From: a virus
Taxonomy: Duplodnaviria; Caudoviricetes
Reading direction: 5' to 3' (one strand)
IMG/VR virus record: IMGVR_UViG_3300020120_000084
Span: 5,090 to 69,089 of that record
Length of the DNA stretch: 64,000 nt
Under the pieces are notes generated by a model. The model was not told where the DNA came from, did not search any database, and saw only the letters and a program-made list of their open reading frames with translations. How positions within the stretch are numbered: the stretch's first letter is position 1; each line of letters opens with the position of its first letter. A program made the translations under genes and the position numbers. Of the stretch, positions 27,601-35,924 are shown in pieces.

Positions 27601-28293
27601 CCCGTCGGATCCCTTGAAGTCGGTGCACGCGGCCAGGGACAGCCCGGCCTGCCCGGTGACGAACGACTGGACGGCGTTGGCGGTGCCCGCGACGGAGGCG
27701 TAGGAGACCAGCTGGCCGGAGCCCGCGCCGTCTTCCATCGGCCAGTAGCAGCGGGGCGCGTTCGACCCGGTCAGGGTCAGCGAGTTGTACCTCGTGTACG
27801 CGGACCCGAGGCTGGTGGCCAGCTGGGACATGCGCCGCCAGATCCCGTTCGCGGTGATGTCGGCGTAGACGTCCCGGCCGGAGACGCTCCACTGCGGCGG
27901 CCACGTGCTGACCTCGCCCCAGAACCTGAACCCGCTGTAGGCCACGGCGGTGACCGACTGGGCGTTGACGCTGACGCGGATCTGGGTGTTCCGGGTGATG
28001 TTCGGGTAGTACGCCCCGGCGGCGAGTTTCGGGGTGAACCGGCCGTCGCGGTTGTCCAGGGTCAGCGTCAGGGTCGCGGCCTGCAGCGTCGACGTCCAGT
28101 CCGCCCGGCCCATGCCGCTGATCTGTACGGGGTTCCGCAGCCGGACGTAGGCGGTGATGTCGGTCCAGACCCCGGCGGAAACGATGCTCAGGAGCTCGAC
28201 CTTGACGCCGAGGCTATTGGCCCCGGCCCCGGGGAAGGTGGGCACGGCACCTCCCGTCGCGTAGGTGGCTCCGTACGTGGCGGGGTACGTCAC
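24682..28293 (-). CDS. tail tip/hub protein with lectin- and CBM-like domains and fibre-like C-terminus
   Basis: W.DIT.YV...GR.D, LTLDNRDGRFTP, YWPMEDG, GLLFESR, RNNVTV; directly after tape measure. Confidence 0.85.
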   Translation of the reverse strand: MTYPATYGATYATGGAVPTFPGAGANSLGVKVELLSIVSAGVWTDITAYVRLRNPVQISGMGRADWTSTLQAATLTLTLDNRDGRFTPKLAAGAYYPNITRNTQIRVSVNAQSVTAVAYSGFRFWGEVSTWPPQWSVSGRDVYADITANGIWRRMSQLATSLGSAYTRYNSLTLTGSNAPRCYWPMEDGAGSGQLVSYASVAGTANAVQSFVTGQAGLSLAACTDFKGSDGIPQLNAAKITATVPAGGTATNNCTRFLISVPKAGDSASGTTNWNLAEVASAGTVAKFEIYLNATGTLLMQLRNSGGTVIASGTTTTNVKGVPVLASCELTPSGGNVAFAFRIISPGASGITESMTGTITTASVGAVTTVTFGRANVLMDTAVGHLSVTYGAVPLMVPAAYALGGRAGEYALDRFARVCAEMGIASETIGAADTNGSFTGGSGTGWSGFNGSFSVTSSPPAGALYPFAGVYVNNGVTAGAMEEGGASTFGFTVVAGTVITVSGWFRSTVTSIQLGFDYAASGGGFVAGPANATFTVPANTWAYLTTSQTVPATAIWARPRAGSPAADGSTTYAQGVTMSAAATSAAMGPQVDDTLTNVLQSVEDTDLGLLFESRTQFGLGYRTLTSMANQAAAATISYTAARLDPSLAPAFDDSLTRNNVTVTNQSTGYTQQAILTAGSMSILNPPNGIGNGYGYTRTVNAASDTQVAGIANWLLNVGSVDEIRFPVITLKMAHAGNAGLFAAIPGIRPGDYLQITSPPSFLTASTVKQLAVGYTETIRGTPREWTFAFNAVPESPYETGFSAGTVQTAQLPGSGAVTSTAPGAGGLGGIIQNGFITPAMLNQGITVKTLGGNRITISASAPANPDTNDIWIASATGLISQWNGSSWAAFKFDGSVTILPGTVVAANIATATLTASLIAAGQVYAGFVDSTTVQALQFIASGTQGEFLAYAGTPGAATLATVISGRAGTDPYGTAFAEGVEVKQGGLILDNQSSAPAAVTGASLFYSGPSGRPRYLAQSGADLVLERSGVSTVQFNQGNVVTAQPMSGILAYLAGEAQVSSEYEIEIMGLATAPSTIANVQTLDWRLYMDGANFGGGFTIGATVFSSTATNSQPFAFTVRFVVSVQSTGAGGAVHIHSDGSMSATANKTTSDTANLGGDADAVAFDTTANHNWQIRAFWNGGTGSGAAGQGLTTYRTKLVRRN

Positions 28294-31200
28294 CGGCTAC
28301 CGTACGCGCGCTCGACCGCGCCCGGCCCGGTACCGCCCCGGATGCGGACGTTCTTGCGGATCCACCGCTCCAGGTCGTCTCCGCCGTTCCCGCCGACCCA
28401 CTCGATCTGCAGCTTCCCGCTGCCGCTGCGGGCGGGCACGAGTTGCTCTGGCCTGCCGGTCTTGTTCCAGACCGGGTTAAATCCGGGCCGCAGCCAGCCC
28501 CCGGAATCCATGACCATCCCGCCGCGGGCGGCACCGGTGAACGGGCTCAGTGCCGCCGCCAAAACAGTCCCCAGGTTGTTCGCCACGTCGCCCCCGTAAC
28601 TGTGGGCCGCCTGCACGCCGGTGGGGGCGGGCGGCGGGTGCGCCTTGGCGATCGCGGCGCGCTGCGCGTCGGAGTAGCCGAGCATCGCCGAGATCGCGGC
28701 GATCGTGTTCTTCTGCCGGCCGATCTGCGTCTTCCACCCGGTCACGTTCCTGGCCAGGGCCGGGGTGCGCCCGGCCGCGGCGATGAACCCGGACAGCTGC
28801 GTGTCGCTGGTGCCGAGCTGGCCGCGCCAGGCCCGCTCGACGGCCAGTTCCCGGTTCAGGACGGCGAGCCGCCGGGCGTCGCCGGCTGCCAGCGCCTTGT
28901 AATGCGCGTGCTGCCTGGCGGTCAGCCCCCCGGCGCCGGACAGGACCTGCGCGGCGTGCTGCGCCGCGGTCATCGCGGCGATCTGCTGGTTGACCACGAC
29001 CGGCCCCCAGGCCGCGCCGTATCCGCCCCCGTGCCGGGTCTGCCAGGCCCGCAGGTACGCGGCGCCCGGCCCGGCCACCCCGCCGGACGCGTACCCGGGG
29101 ACCAGGCCGCCCTTGGCGTACCAGTTGTTGGCGACCTCGTGGGCCCACGCCCCGGCCGGGGAACCGTACCGGCCCTTGATGTAGTTCAGGCCCCAGTCGA
29201 TCTGGGCGCCGGCGCTGGCCTGCCCGCCCTGGCTGGGGAGCCACGCGGCCCGGGGCATCTTGGTGTAGGGGAGCGCCTGCGGGATGCCCGTCGCGCCCGA
29301 TGACGCGTTGTACGCGAACCGGTTCCAGCCTGACTCCTGGTTCCACAGGAATATCAGCGGCTTCATCTGCGCCGCGCCCCACCCGTAGGCGCCGAGCCGG
29401 CCCGAGGCGTACGCCTGCGCCTGCGACGCGCTGGCCGACGTGGGACCGCCGCCGCCGCCGGCCGGGCCGGCTGACGCCTGCGCCTTCAGCGCCGCCTTCT
29501 CCCGGGCGATGGCCGCCTTGACCCCGGCCGCCATCGCCGCCGCGGCCCCGCGGCCCTCGACCCCGGCCGCGACCCCGGCGACGCGGCCCAGCGCGTTCTC
29601 GACGCCGAGGAACCCGCCGGACGCGAACCCGGGGATCGCCCCGCGCAGGTGATCGACCGCCCCCGCCTGCACCATGTTCGCCGGGACGATCAGCTCGCCC
29701 CTGGACGCCCGGATCATCACGTCGTCAGCGGTCGGCCCGGTGCCCCGGTTGATGTACAGGCCGCGCGCGGCGTTGCCGGACACGAACCGGACGTTGCCCT
29801 GCCCGGCCGCCGCGATCCCCGACGTGGTGATGACGACCCCGCCGTGCCCGGACCCGGTCACGCTGATGGGGACGTTCTTGCCGTGCAGCCGGTCGATGCT
29901 CGCCTGCATGTTCCCCGTCGCGGTGGCCACGTCCCGCTGGATCGCGGCCATCGACTGCTGGATCGAGACGTGCGCCGCCCTGAAGGGAGCGCCCAGCGGC
30001 CCCGGCAGCTTGCCCATGATGTTGAGGATGAAACCGGTGCCCTGCAGGAACAGGATCTTGATCTGGTCCCAGGTGATCCTGATGGCCTCTTTGGCGATGT
30101 TGAACGAGGCGGAGATGGTGGTCTCGATGTTCCCCCACCACAGCTTCGCGCCGGCTGCGATGCCGCTCATCGTGTCGTTCATGACCTTGCCGGCCGGTAT
30201 CCCGATCTTGGCGGTCAGCCAGCCTTCCAGCCCGCCGAACGTGAACGCGTGCAGGACGCTGCTGCTGACCGGCCCGGAAAGCCCGGCGAACATCGCGGTC
30301 AGCTTCCCGGCGAACGTGCCCTTGGGGGAGAGGGTGTCGCCGAGCGCCTTGATGGCCGCCCCGGTGATGACGCCGGCCAGGATCGGGCCCAGCGCCGCCC
30401 CGATGGGAGCCAGCAGCGGCGGCAGCTTGCCCTTGAGGCCGCCGGCCGCGCCGCCCGCTGCGCCTGCGGCCCCGCCGCCGGCCATGGCGGCGCGGATCTC
30501 CGCCCCGGCCGCGGCGCCCCCGGACACCATCGCAGTCCTGATCTCCGCCCCGGCCGCGGCGCCGCCGCCGAGGTTGACCAGCCCGCCGGTCAGCCACTTG
30601 AGGACTGGGCCGGTGATCGCCAGCCCGACTTTCAGGACGCCCAGCTTGGACAGGATCAGCGCCGCGCCGGCCACCTCGGCTATCGGCTTGGCCAGCGCCG
30701 GGGGGAGCCTTGCGACGAGGCCGAGGAAGTCGCTGATCACCTTCAGTTCCAGCGCCCCGCCGGAGGTCAGGCCGGGCGCGAGGGCCTTCAGCGCCCCCCC
30801 GATGTTCTTGAGCAGATCCCCGACGACGTGGCCGTTCTGGGAGAACCACTGCATGAACTTGGTGATGTCGTCGGAGGCCTTCTTGCTTTCCGACCATTTC
30901 AGCACGGCGGGGCCGAGGCGGGATATCCACCCGATGGCCTCCCGGATCAGCGGGTCGAACTTCGGCAGCAGGATCATGAAGCTCTTGACCAGGTCGATGA
31001 TCGTGGAGCCGCCCGCGCTGACTGCCGCCGCGCCGGTGGACCCGATGAAGTCGCGGAACTGCTTGAATACGGAGGAGTTCACCAGGGAGTTGAACTGGCC
31101 GCCGAGGCCCTGGATGACGGGGGCGACCTTCGCGATGATCGGCCCGAGCGCGGCGGTCAGCCCGGTGACGGACTTGAGCCACGGCTGGAGCGCGCCGGCG

Positions 31201-31937
31201 ATTACAGGGGTCTGCGCCGCCTTGACCGCGTCCCACGCGGACGCCATCGCCCCGATCTGCTTGGACAGGGCGATCTGGGCGGGTGACAGGTTCGCGTACG
31301 CCTTGGCGATGGCGATCTGCTCGGCTTTGTACGCGACGGATTGCTTGGCGCCGTGGGCGATGGCGATGTTGTAGGTGTTCTGCGCCTTCTCCACCGCCGT
31401 GGCCGCGGTCTTCGCGTCGGTCAGGACGGGCTTGGCGACGGCCCCGAACGCGGCCAGGGCCAGCCCCCCGGCGACGAACGCGCCCGCCAGGCCCGCCGCC
31501 GCGCCGCCCGCCACCCCGGCCAGGACACCAGCGGCCGGGGCCAGCGCCACCGCCGGGCCCAGCAGCCCCGGGCTCCCCTTCAGGCCGCCCAGCGCCTTCT
31601 TCAGCTCAGAGTCATCGACCTTGACCTTAAGCTCGGCTTCCCGCTTCTTCGCCGCGTCCTTCATCGCGTCGTCGAGCCGGCGGATCGCCGCGTCGGCCAG
31701 GACCGCCCGCGCTGTCACCCGGTCCTCCGCGACCCCGGTCTCGCGGAGGGCCTTCGCCAGGATCGCCGACTCGGCGGCGGTGCGGCCTTCTTTCTGCCCG
31801 AGCGTCTCGATGGCGTTTGCTAGGATCTTGGCGCCCTTGGCGGCCAGGACGGTGTTATCGGCGACCTTGCGGAAGCCGGACGCAGTGCGATCCACGCCGG
31901 TAGTCAAAAAGTCAAACGTCACATTTTGACCGGCCAC
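28290..31937 (-). CDS. tape measure protein with lytic transglycosylase domain
   Basis: Long Ala/Gly helical ORF; LWNQESGWN..AYN.SSGA.GIPQ...QIDWGLNYIKGRYG SLT motif. Confidence 0.93.
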   Translation of the reverse strand: MAGQNVTFDFLTTGVDRTASGFRKVADNTVLAAKGAKILANAIETLGQKEGRTAAESAILAKALRETGVAEDRVTARAVLADAAIRRLDDAMKDAAKKREAELKVKVDDSELKKALGGLKGSPGLLGPAVALAPAAGVLAGVAGGAAAGLAGAFVAGGLALAAFGAVAKPVLTDAKTAATAVEKAQNTYNIAIAHGAKQSVAYKAEQIAIAKAYANLSPAQIALSKQIGAMASAWDAVKAAQTPVIAGALQPWLKSVTGLTAALGPIIAKVAPVIQGLGGQFNSLVNSSVFKQFRDFIGSTGAAAVSAGGSTIIDLVKSFMILLPKFDPLIREAIGWISRLGPAVLKWSESKKASDDITKFMQWFSQNGHVVGDLLKNIGGALKALAPGLTSGGALELKVISDFLGLVARLPPALAKPIAEVAGAALILSKLGVLKVGLAITGPVLKWLTGGLVNLGGGAAAGAEIRTAMVSGGAAAGAEIRAAMAGGGAAGAAGGAAGGLKGKLPPLLAPIGAALGPILAGVITGAAIKALGDTLSPKGTFAGKLTAMFAGLSGPVSSSVLHAFTFGGLEGWLTAKIGIPAGKVMNDTMSGIAAGAKLWWGNIETTISASFNIAKEAIRITWDQIKILFLQGTGFILNIMGKLPGPLGAPFRAAHVSIQQSMAAIQRDVATATGNMQASIDRLHGKNVPISVTGSGHGGVVITTSGIAAAGQGNVRFVSGNAARGLYINRGTGPTADDVMIRASRGELIVPANMVQAGAVDHLRGAIPGFASGGFLGVENALGRVAGVAAGVEGRGAAAAMAAGVKAAIAREKAALKAQASAGPAGGGGGPTSASASQAQAYASGRLGAYGWGAAQMKPLIFLWNQESGWNRFAYNASSGATGIPQALPYTKMPRAAWLPSQGGQASAGAQIDWGLNYIKGRYGSPAGAWAHEVANNWYAKGGLVPGYASGGVAGPGAAYLRAWQTRHGGGYGAAWGPVVVNQQIAAMTAAQHAAQVLSGAGGLTARQHAHYKALAAGDARRLAVLNRELAVERAWRGQLGTSDTQLSGFIAAAGRTPALARNVTGWKTQIGRQKNTIAAISAMLGYSDAQRAAIAKAHPPPAPTGVQAAHSYGGDVANNLGTVLAAALSPFTGAARGGMVMDSGGWLRPGFNPVWNKTGRPEQLVPARSGSGKLQIEWVGGNGGDDLERWIRKNVRIRGGTGPGAVERAYGSR

Positions 31938-31944
31938 GGCTCTC

Positions 31945-32631
31945 CTAGAAGAGTGGTATGTGCTGCGGCATCACCGCCTGACGTGCTGCGATGTCAGCGT
32001 TGGCCCGTTCGAGGTTGCCGGCGATGATTCTCAGCAGGGATGGATCGTCCGCTGCGTGGCCGACGACGAGATTGCAGTTCTGGTGCGCCAGCCCGCGACG
32101 GCAATGCCGGCAGGATTTCTTCGGGCCGTGGGCGGCGCATCCGTGCCAGTGCTCGACGTGCGCGTCGTCAGGGTCCATGTCGCGCTCGCAGAGGTAGCAG
32201 CGGCCTTGCTGCGCGTCCCACATGACAGCCCAGTCGGCAGTGATGTCCCGCCCATGCGAGCCCTCAAGGACCTTCTGGCGGACCTTGCTGCCGTTGGACC
32301 GGTAGTACCTGCGCTTGTACTCCTGGATCTGAGGACGGTTCGCGTCTGCGTGGCTTTTTACGCGTGCGAGCACATCGTCGCGGTTCTCCGCATAGTACTG
32401 GCGGTCACGTTCGCGCCACTTCCCGCGGTTGGCCTGGTAGTAGGCGGCCCTCTTCTCGCGGAGCTTCTCAGCGTTGGCCGCGCGGTACTGGCGGTCATAC
32501 TCGCTCTTCTTGTCGCGGTTCGCGGCACCCCACGCTCGCTTCTGCGCGTTGATCTTGTCTCTGTTGGCGGCGCGGTACTGGCGCCGTCGCTCCCGCTCGC
32601 GTTCGGCGGCATCAGGGTTAGGCTCAGTCAT
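31945..32631 (-). CDS. free-standing EndoVII (His-Me finger) homing endonuclease
   Basis: Q.GRCYLC...HVEHWH...C..CRRGL.HQNCN..VG; N-terminal basic helical repeats (YRAANR/YYAENR). Confidence 0.85.
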   Translation of the reverse strand: MTEPNPDAAERERERRRQYRAANRDKINAQKRAWGAANRDKKSEYDRQYRAANAEKLREKRAAYYQANRGKWRERDRQYYAENRDDVLARVKSHADANRPQIQEYKRRYYRSNGSKVRQKVLEGSHGRDITADWAVMWDAQQGRCYLCERDMDPDDAHVEHWHGCAAHGPKKSCRHCRRGLAHQNCNLVVGHAADDPSLLRIIAGNLERANADIAARQAVMPQHIPLF

Positions 32632-32729
32632 GTCGGACCTCTTATCCAGGTTCGGCCAGCCCCGGGAGGTTCACCGGCCTCGCCGGGGCACTTGCTCCTA
32701 TATTACCGCAGGTCAGGAAGGGAGAAGCC

Positions 32730-32918
32730 GTGACCGCAGTCGTGATCGTGTACCTGCTCGCGTGGGCGCCCCTGGTCTTCGCCGGGCGCAGGCTCGGCAG
32801 GCGGTGGGGCAATTCCGACGCCGGGTTCTGGCTGCCCGCCCTGCTCGGCGGCCTGGGCTTCGCGATGTTCATCGCGATCGTCCTCATCGACGGCACGGCC
32901 CCGCGCCGGGTCAGGTGA
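32730..32918 (+). CDS. small two-TM moron protein
   Basis: Own -10-like TATATT and SD GGAAGGGAG; hydrophobic. Confidence 0.6.
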   Translation: MTAVVIVYLLAWAPLVFAGRRLGRRWGNSDAGFWLPALLGGLGFAMFIAIVLIDGTAPRRVR

Positions 32919-33033
32919 GGACCGGCCGGCGGCGGACGTGGCGGCCGCTCATCCGGCAGCGGCTGTGGTTCCCCCGCCGCCTCCCGCGGCTGTCCCGGCC
33001 CGGCGAATGGGCGCGGCGGAAACGGGCACGCCG

Positions 33034-33500
33034 CTAACGGCCGTCCATCATCTCCTCGGCGGCGTCGATCAGGGCTTCGAAGTCCGCGACTTCGAGGAGC
33101 CCGATCTCCCACGGGCGGATGTGGAACTCGCGGGCGAAAATGGGGAGGTATCTGTGCCTGTCCCAGGTGTGCCAGCCGGGGCCGACTCTGCGGTAGGGTC
33201 CGCCTCGGCCGCCTTCGCCGCCGCCGCCTCGGCCTCGGCCGCCTCGGCCATCGACGTCAGCATCTCCAGCAGGTCGAAATCAGCCTTGCCGTCCAGGATG
33301 TCCTCGAACGGCACGTCCCGGCCGTCGCGCCGCCAGATGATCCACGCGAGCACGCACATCGCCTTAGCGGACCCCGCGGACAGGTCCGTCTGCCATTCGG
33401 CGTACCGCCGCTGATAGACGCGCTCGATGGCGAGCGCCTCGGACATCGGCGCCTTCGACCCGTCATACTCGTACGTTTCGCCGGCCAGGACTATTTTCAA
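33034..33500 (-). CDS. tail assembly chaperone G (33069..33500) with -1-frame GT extension ending 33034
   Basis: G ends ..ADPT..; -1 frame encodes HRYLPIFAREFHIRPWEIGLLEVADFEALIDAAEEMMDGR*. Confidence 0.75.
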
Positions 33501-33511
33501 GCTAGGCTCCC

Positions 33512-33988
33512 TTACTTGACGGCCTTGTCGGCGACGTCGGCCAGCGCCTTCTCGATCCCGTCGCGGACCCGGGGGGCGGCCGCTTCGGCGGGGCCGGTGA
33601 ACCAGCCGGGCTGCACCGACGGCTCCTCCTGCGTGAACCAGTGGCCCGGTCCCCGGTCGCCGAACAGGGGGTGGGTGAGCTGGCCCGCGTCCAGGTTGCG
33701 CAGCTTCCGGGTCTTGCCCAGCGCCTGCCCGGTGACGGCCACGCCCGGGTCCCGCTCGTTCGTGCGGACGTTGGTGCCGATCCGCAGGTCCGCGTCGAGC
33801 TCGGCGGCGTACCGGTCCGGCAGCTTCGGCGACGACGGCACCAGCCCGGCCCGGATCTCGGCCTCCACCGGGACGACCGCGTCGCGCATCGCCTTGAGGA
33901 CCTCCCGGACGAGCTCGCCGTCCCCGGCGCGGCGCAGCCGGAACGCGAGGGCCTCCAGCTCTGCCGCCGCGCCGGCCAGCCCCGCCAT
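33512..33988 (-). CDS. HK97-gp10-like tail completion protein
   Basis: G..RHP.FG.R..W.TQ...PGWF..P motif; position between MTP and chaperone. Confidence 0.7.
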   Translation of the reverse strand: MAGLAGAAAELEALAFRLRRAGDGELVREVLKAMRDAVVPVEAEIRAGLVPSSPKLPDRYAAELDADLRIGTNVRTNERDPGVAVTGQALGKTRKLRNLDAGQLTHPLFGDRGPGHWFTQEEPSVQPGWFTGPAEAAAPRVRDGIEKALADVADKAVK

Positions 33989-34410
33989 CAGGTCCCCATG
34001 CCGCCCCACTGGGTGTACCGCTGGACGGGCCCGGCAGCGACCCAGGTCGCCTTGAAGTTCACGGGGCCCGCGACGGCGCCGTCGGCGGCGAAGTCGACGA
34101 GCCAGGTGCCGTACCAGTACGAGTTGGGGTCGTTAGTTGCATCCCAGTAGAGGTAGAAGTTGCGCGGCAATCCGTCGGATGCGGCGACGTAGGTCTGGGA
34201 GGTGCCCGAATCCATGAACCCGGAGAAGTCGCCGGACGCGTCGGGGAGGCCGCCGACGAACGTCTTGTTGGCGTCCCCGAAGGCCGTGACCTCGTCCCGG
34301 TCGGAGACCCGGCTGAGTGACCATGCCGCCTGGAACGGCAGCGGTATCGCGACGCCGCCGGTGGTAGCGGACATGTAGATCTGCGCGTTCCGGCCGTGCC
34401 TGCGTGGCAT
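33988..34410 (-). CDS. major tail (tube) protein
   Basis: MPRRHGRN..IY, EVTAFGD.NKT.V.GL.DA.G.FSG; beta-rich. Confidence 0.8.
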   Translation of the reverse strand: MPRRHGRNAQIYMSATTGGVAIPLPFQAAWSLSRVSDRDEVTAFGDANKTFVGGLPDASGDFSGFMDSGTSQTYVAASDGLPRNFYLYWDATNDPNSYWYGTWLVDFAADGAVAGPVNFKATWVAAGPVQRYTQWGGMGT

Positions 34411-34421
34411 CGGTGTCTCCC

Positions 34422-35651
34422 TTACATTCTGGCGGGCTGCCGGTCGAGCAACCGGAGCAGTTTCTTGGCGTGCTCGGTGAAGGTGCGGCCTTCGACGGCG
34501 GCGCGGGCCTTGCCTGCCGCCCCGGCGCGTTCGGCGGGGTGGGCGAGGGCCCAGCGGATGAGGTCCCCGGCTTCTTCCGGGCTGGCGAACGACGGCAGCA
34601 TCGGGAACAGTTCGTCGGATTCGGGGCGGGGGTCGCGGGCGAACCACAGCCCGGACGCGGCCATCTCGATCTCGCGGGGCCCGCAGGCCCACCCCTGCCC
34701 CGCGTGGCCGTCCTCGGATTCGGTCCGGTAGACGTTGATGCCGGTGCGGGACCTGCGGTAGATCTGCGCGGTCTCGTCGTTGTCGACGCAGTCGCCGGCG
34801 TCGAACGCGGTCCAGTCCCGCATGGGGGAGTCTTCGGGGAGGTCCATCCACAGGCCGGACAGGCGGACGTTCAGCCCGGTGCGCGCGAAACGCCCCGGCA
34901 GGGAGGGTGAAGAACTGGACGCGGCTGGGGAATCCGGTGCCGATGCCGCAATGGAGCCCGCCTGCTGGCGGGAAGCGCAACGCTCATCTTCATGGGATGC
35001 GAGGTCAAGGCCGACTTGCCGCAATGGAGCCCCGCCGGGGCGCCGCTCCAAGTGTAGAGCCATGGCCTCGAAAAATTTCACTCGCGATGGAAAGCCCGTC
35101 CCCACGAACGCCAGGTCATACTCGGGTGCGGTGCCGGGGATGGCCGGGTAGTGGATGTTCTCCCGGTACGCCTGGGGCATGTACTCGGCGGGGCCGATGT
35201 CCCGGTACAGCTGGATATTCACCGGGTCGTTGAGGAGGGTCAGGTCCGCGTACTGCGCCCGGTCCAGCTGCATGTCGTCCTGGTAGGGCGATTCGGTCAT
35301 CAGCATGACGATCTTGTGCCGGTGGTGGCGGAGGATCTCGAGCAGCCAGGGAGGGATGAAGAACGCGGAGGTGCACAGGATCACGTCGGGCCACCAGCGG
35401 GAGGCGGCGGACAGGATCGGGTCGACGGCGAGGCGGGTGGCCTGGTCGCGGGTCAGGAACGGCCGGACGCCGGGGCAGCCGCACGGCAGCCGCACGCCGG
35501 TCTCGGCGAGGACACCGGTGAAGAACCGCAGCGCCGCGTCGAGGGGGTATTCCTCGACCTGCTCGCCGAGGCCGGTGAGGGCTTCGGACCAGCCGTTGAA
35601 CACGTCCGCGACGGACCACGAGGGCCCGGGGTGGATGAGCAGCCAGCGCAT
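34422..35651 (-). CDS. CgeB-like GT-B glycosyltransferase carrying a 56-codon in-frame CRISPR-like insert
   Basis: LLIHPGP..SVADV, ESPYQD, DLAFVGTGFPSR, GINVYR, PREIEMAASG; insert 34881-35048. Confidence 0.85.
   Translation of the reverse strand: MRWLLIHPGPSWSVADVFNGWSEALTGLGEQVEEYPLDAALRFFTGVLAETGVRLPCGCPGVRPFLTRDQATRLAVDPILSAASRWWPDVILCTSAFFIPPWLLEILRHHRHKIVMLMTESPYQDDMQLDRAQYADLTLLNDPVNIQLYRDIGPAEYMPQAYRENIHYPAIPGTAPEYDLAFVGTGFPSRVKFFEAMALHLERRPGGAPLRQVGLDLASHEDERCASRQQAGSIAASAPDSPAASSSSPSLPGRFARTGLNVRLSGLWMDLPEDSPMRDWTAFDAGDCVDNDETAQIYRRSRTGINVYRTESEDGHAGQGWACGPREIEMAASGLWFARDPRPESDELFPMLPSFASPEEAGDLIRWALAHPAERAGAAGKARAAVEGRTFTEHAKKLLRLLDRQPARM
34909..35032 (-). CRISPR. mini CRISPR array, type I-G-like: truncated repeat - 36-nt spacer - 37-nt repeat - 36-nt spacer
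   Basis: Full repeat GTTGCGCTTCCCGCCAGCAGGCGGGCTCCATTGCGGC (34981-34945) with CCCGCC/GGCGGG hairpin; upstream copy shares the 3' 15 nt GGGCTCCATTGCGGC; 73-bp period. Confidence 0.75.
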
Positions 35652-35663
35652 TACACTCCAGAC

Positions 35664-35924
35664 ATGGCCAGGGAAGTCGTGAACCTCAGCGGGATAATCG
35701 ATGCGCCGCTGCCGCCGGAGGTCCAGGCTGCGGAGGACCGCCGGATAGCGGAGTTCGTCGCGGGCCTGCCCGACGCTGAGGGCACGTTCGGCGGCCACCT
35801 GGTGACCGACGCCTGCTACCGGCTAGGCGGCTGCGGTCCGGGCTGCCCGCCCGGGATCCGCGTGGACGCGGCGAAGCTGGCCGGGCACGACGGGGTCCGG
35901 CATCATCCCCACGGGGCGGAGTAG
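35664..35924 (+). CDS. hypothetical moron protein (86 aa)
   Basis: MAREVVNLSGIIDAPLPPE...; TACACT -10 six nt upstream. Confidence 0.55.
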   Translation: MAREVVNLSGIIDAPLPPEVQAAEDRRIAEFVAGLPDAEGTFGGHLVTDACYRLGGCGPGCPPGIRVDAAKLAGHDGVRHHPHGAE

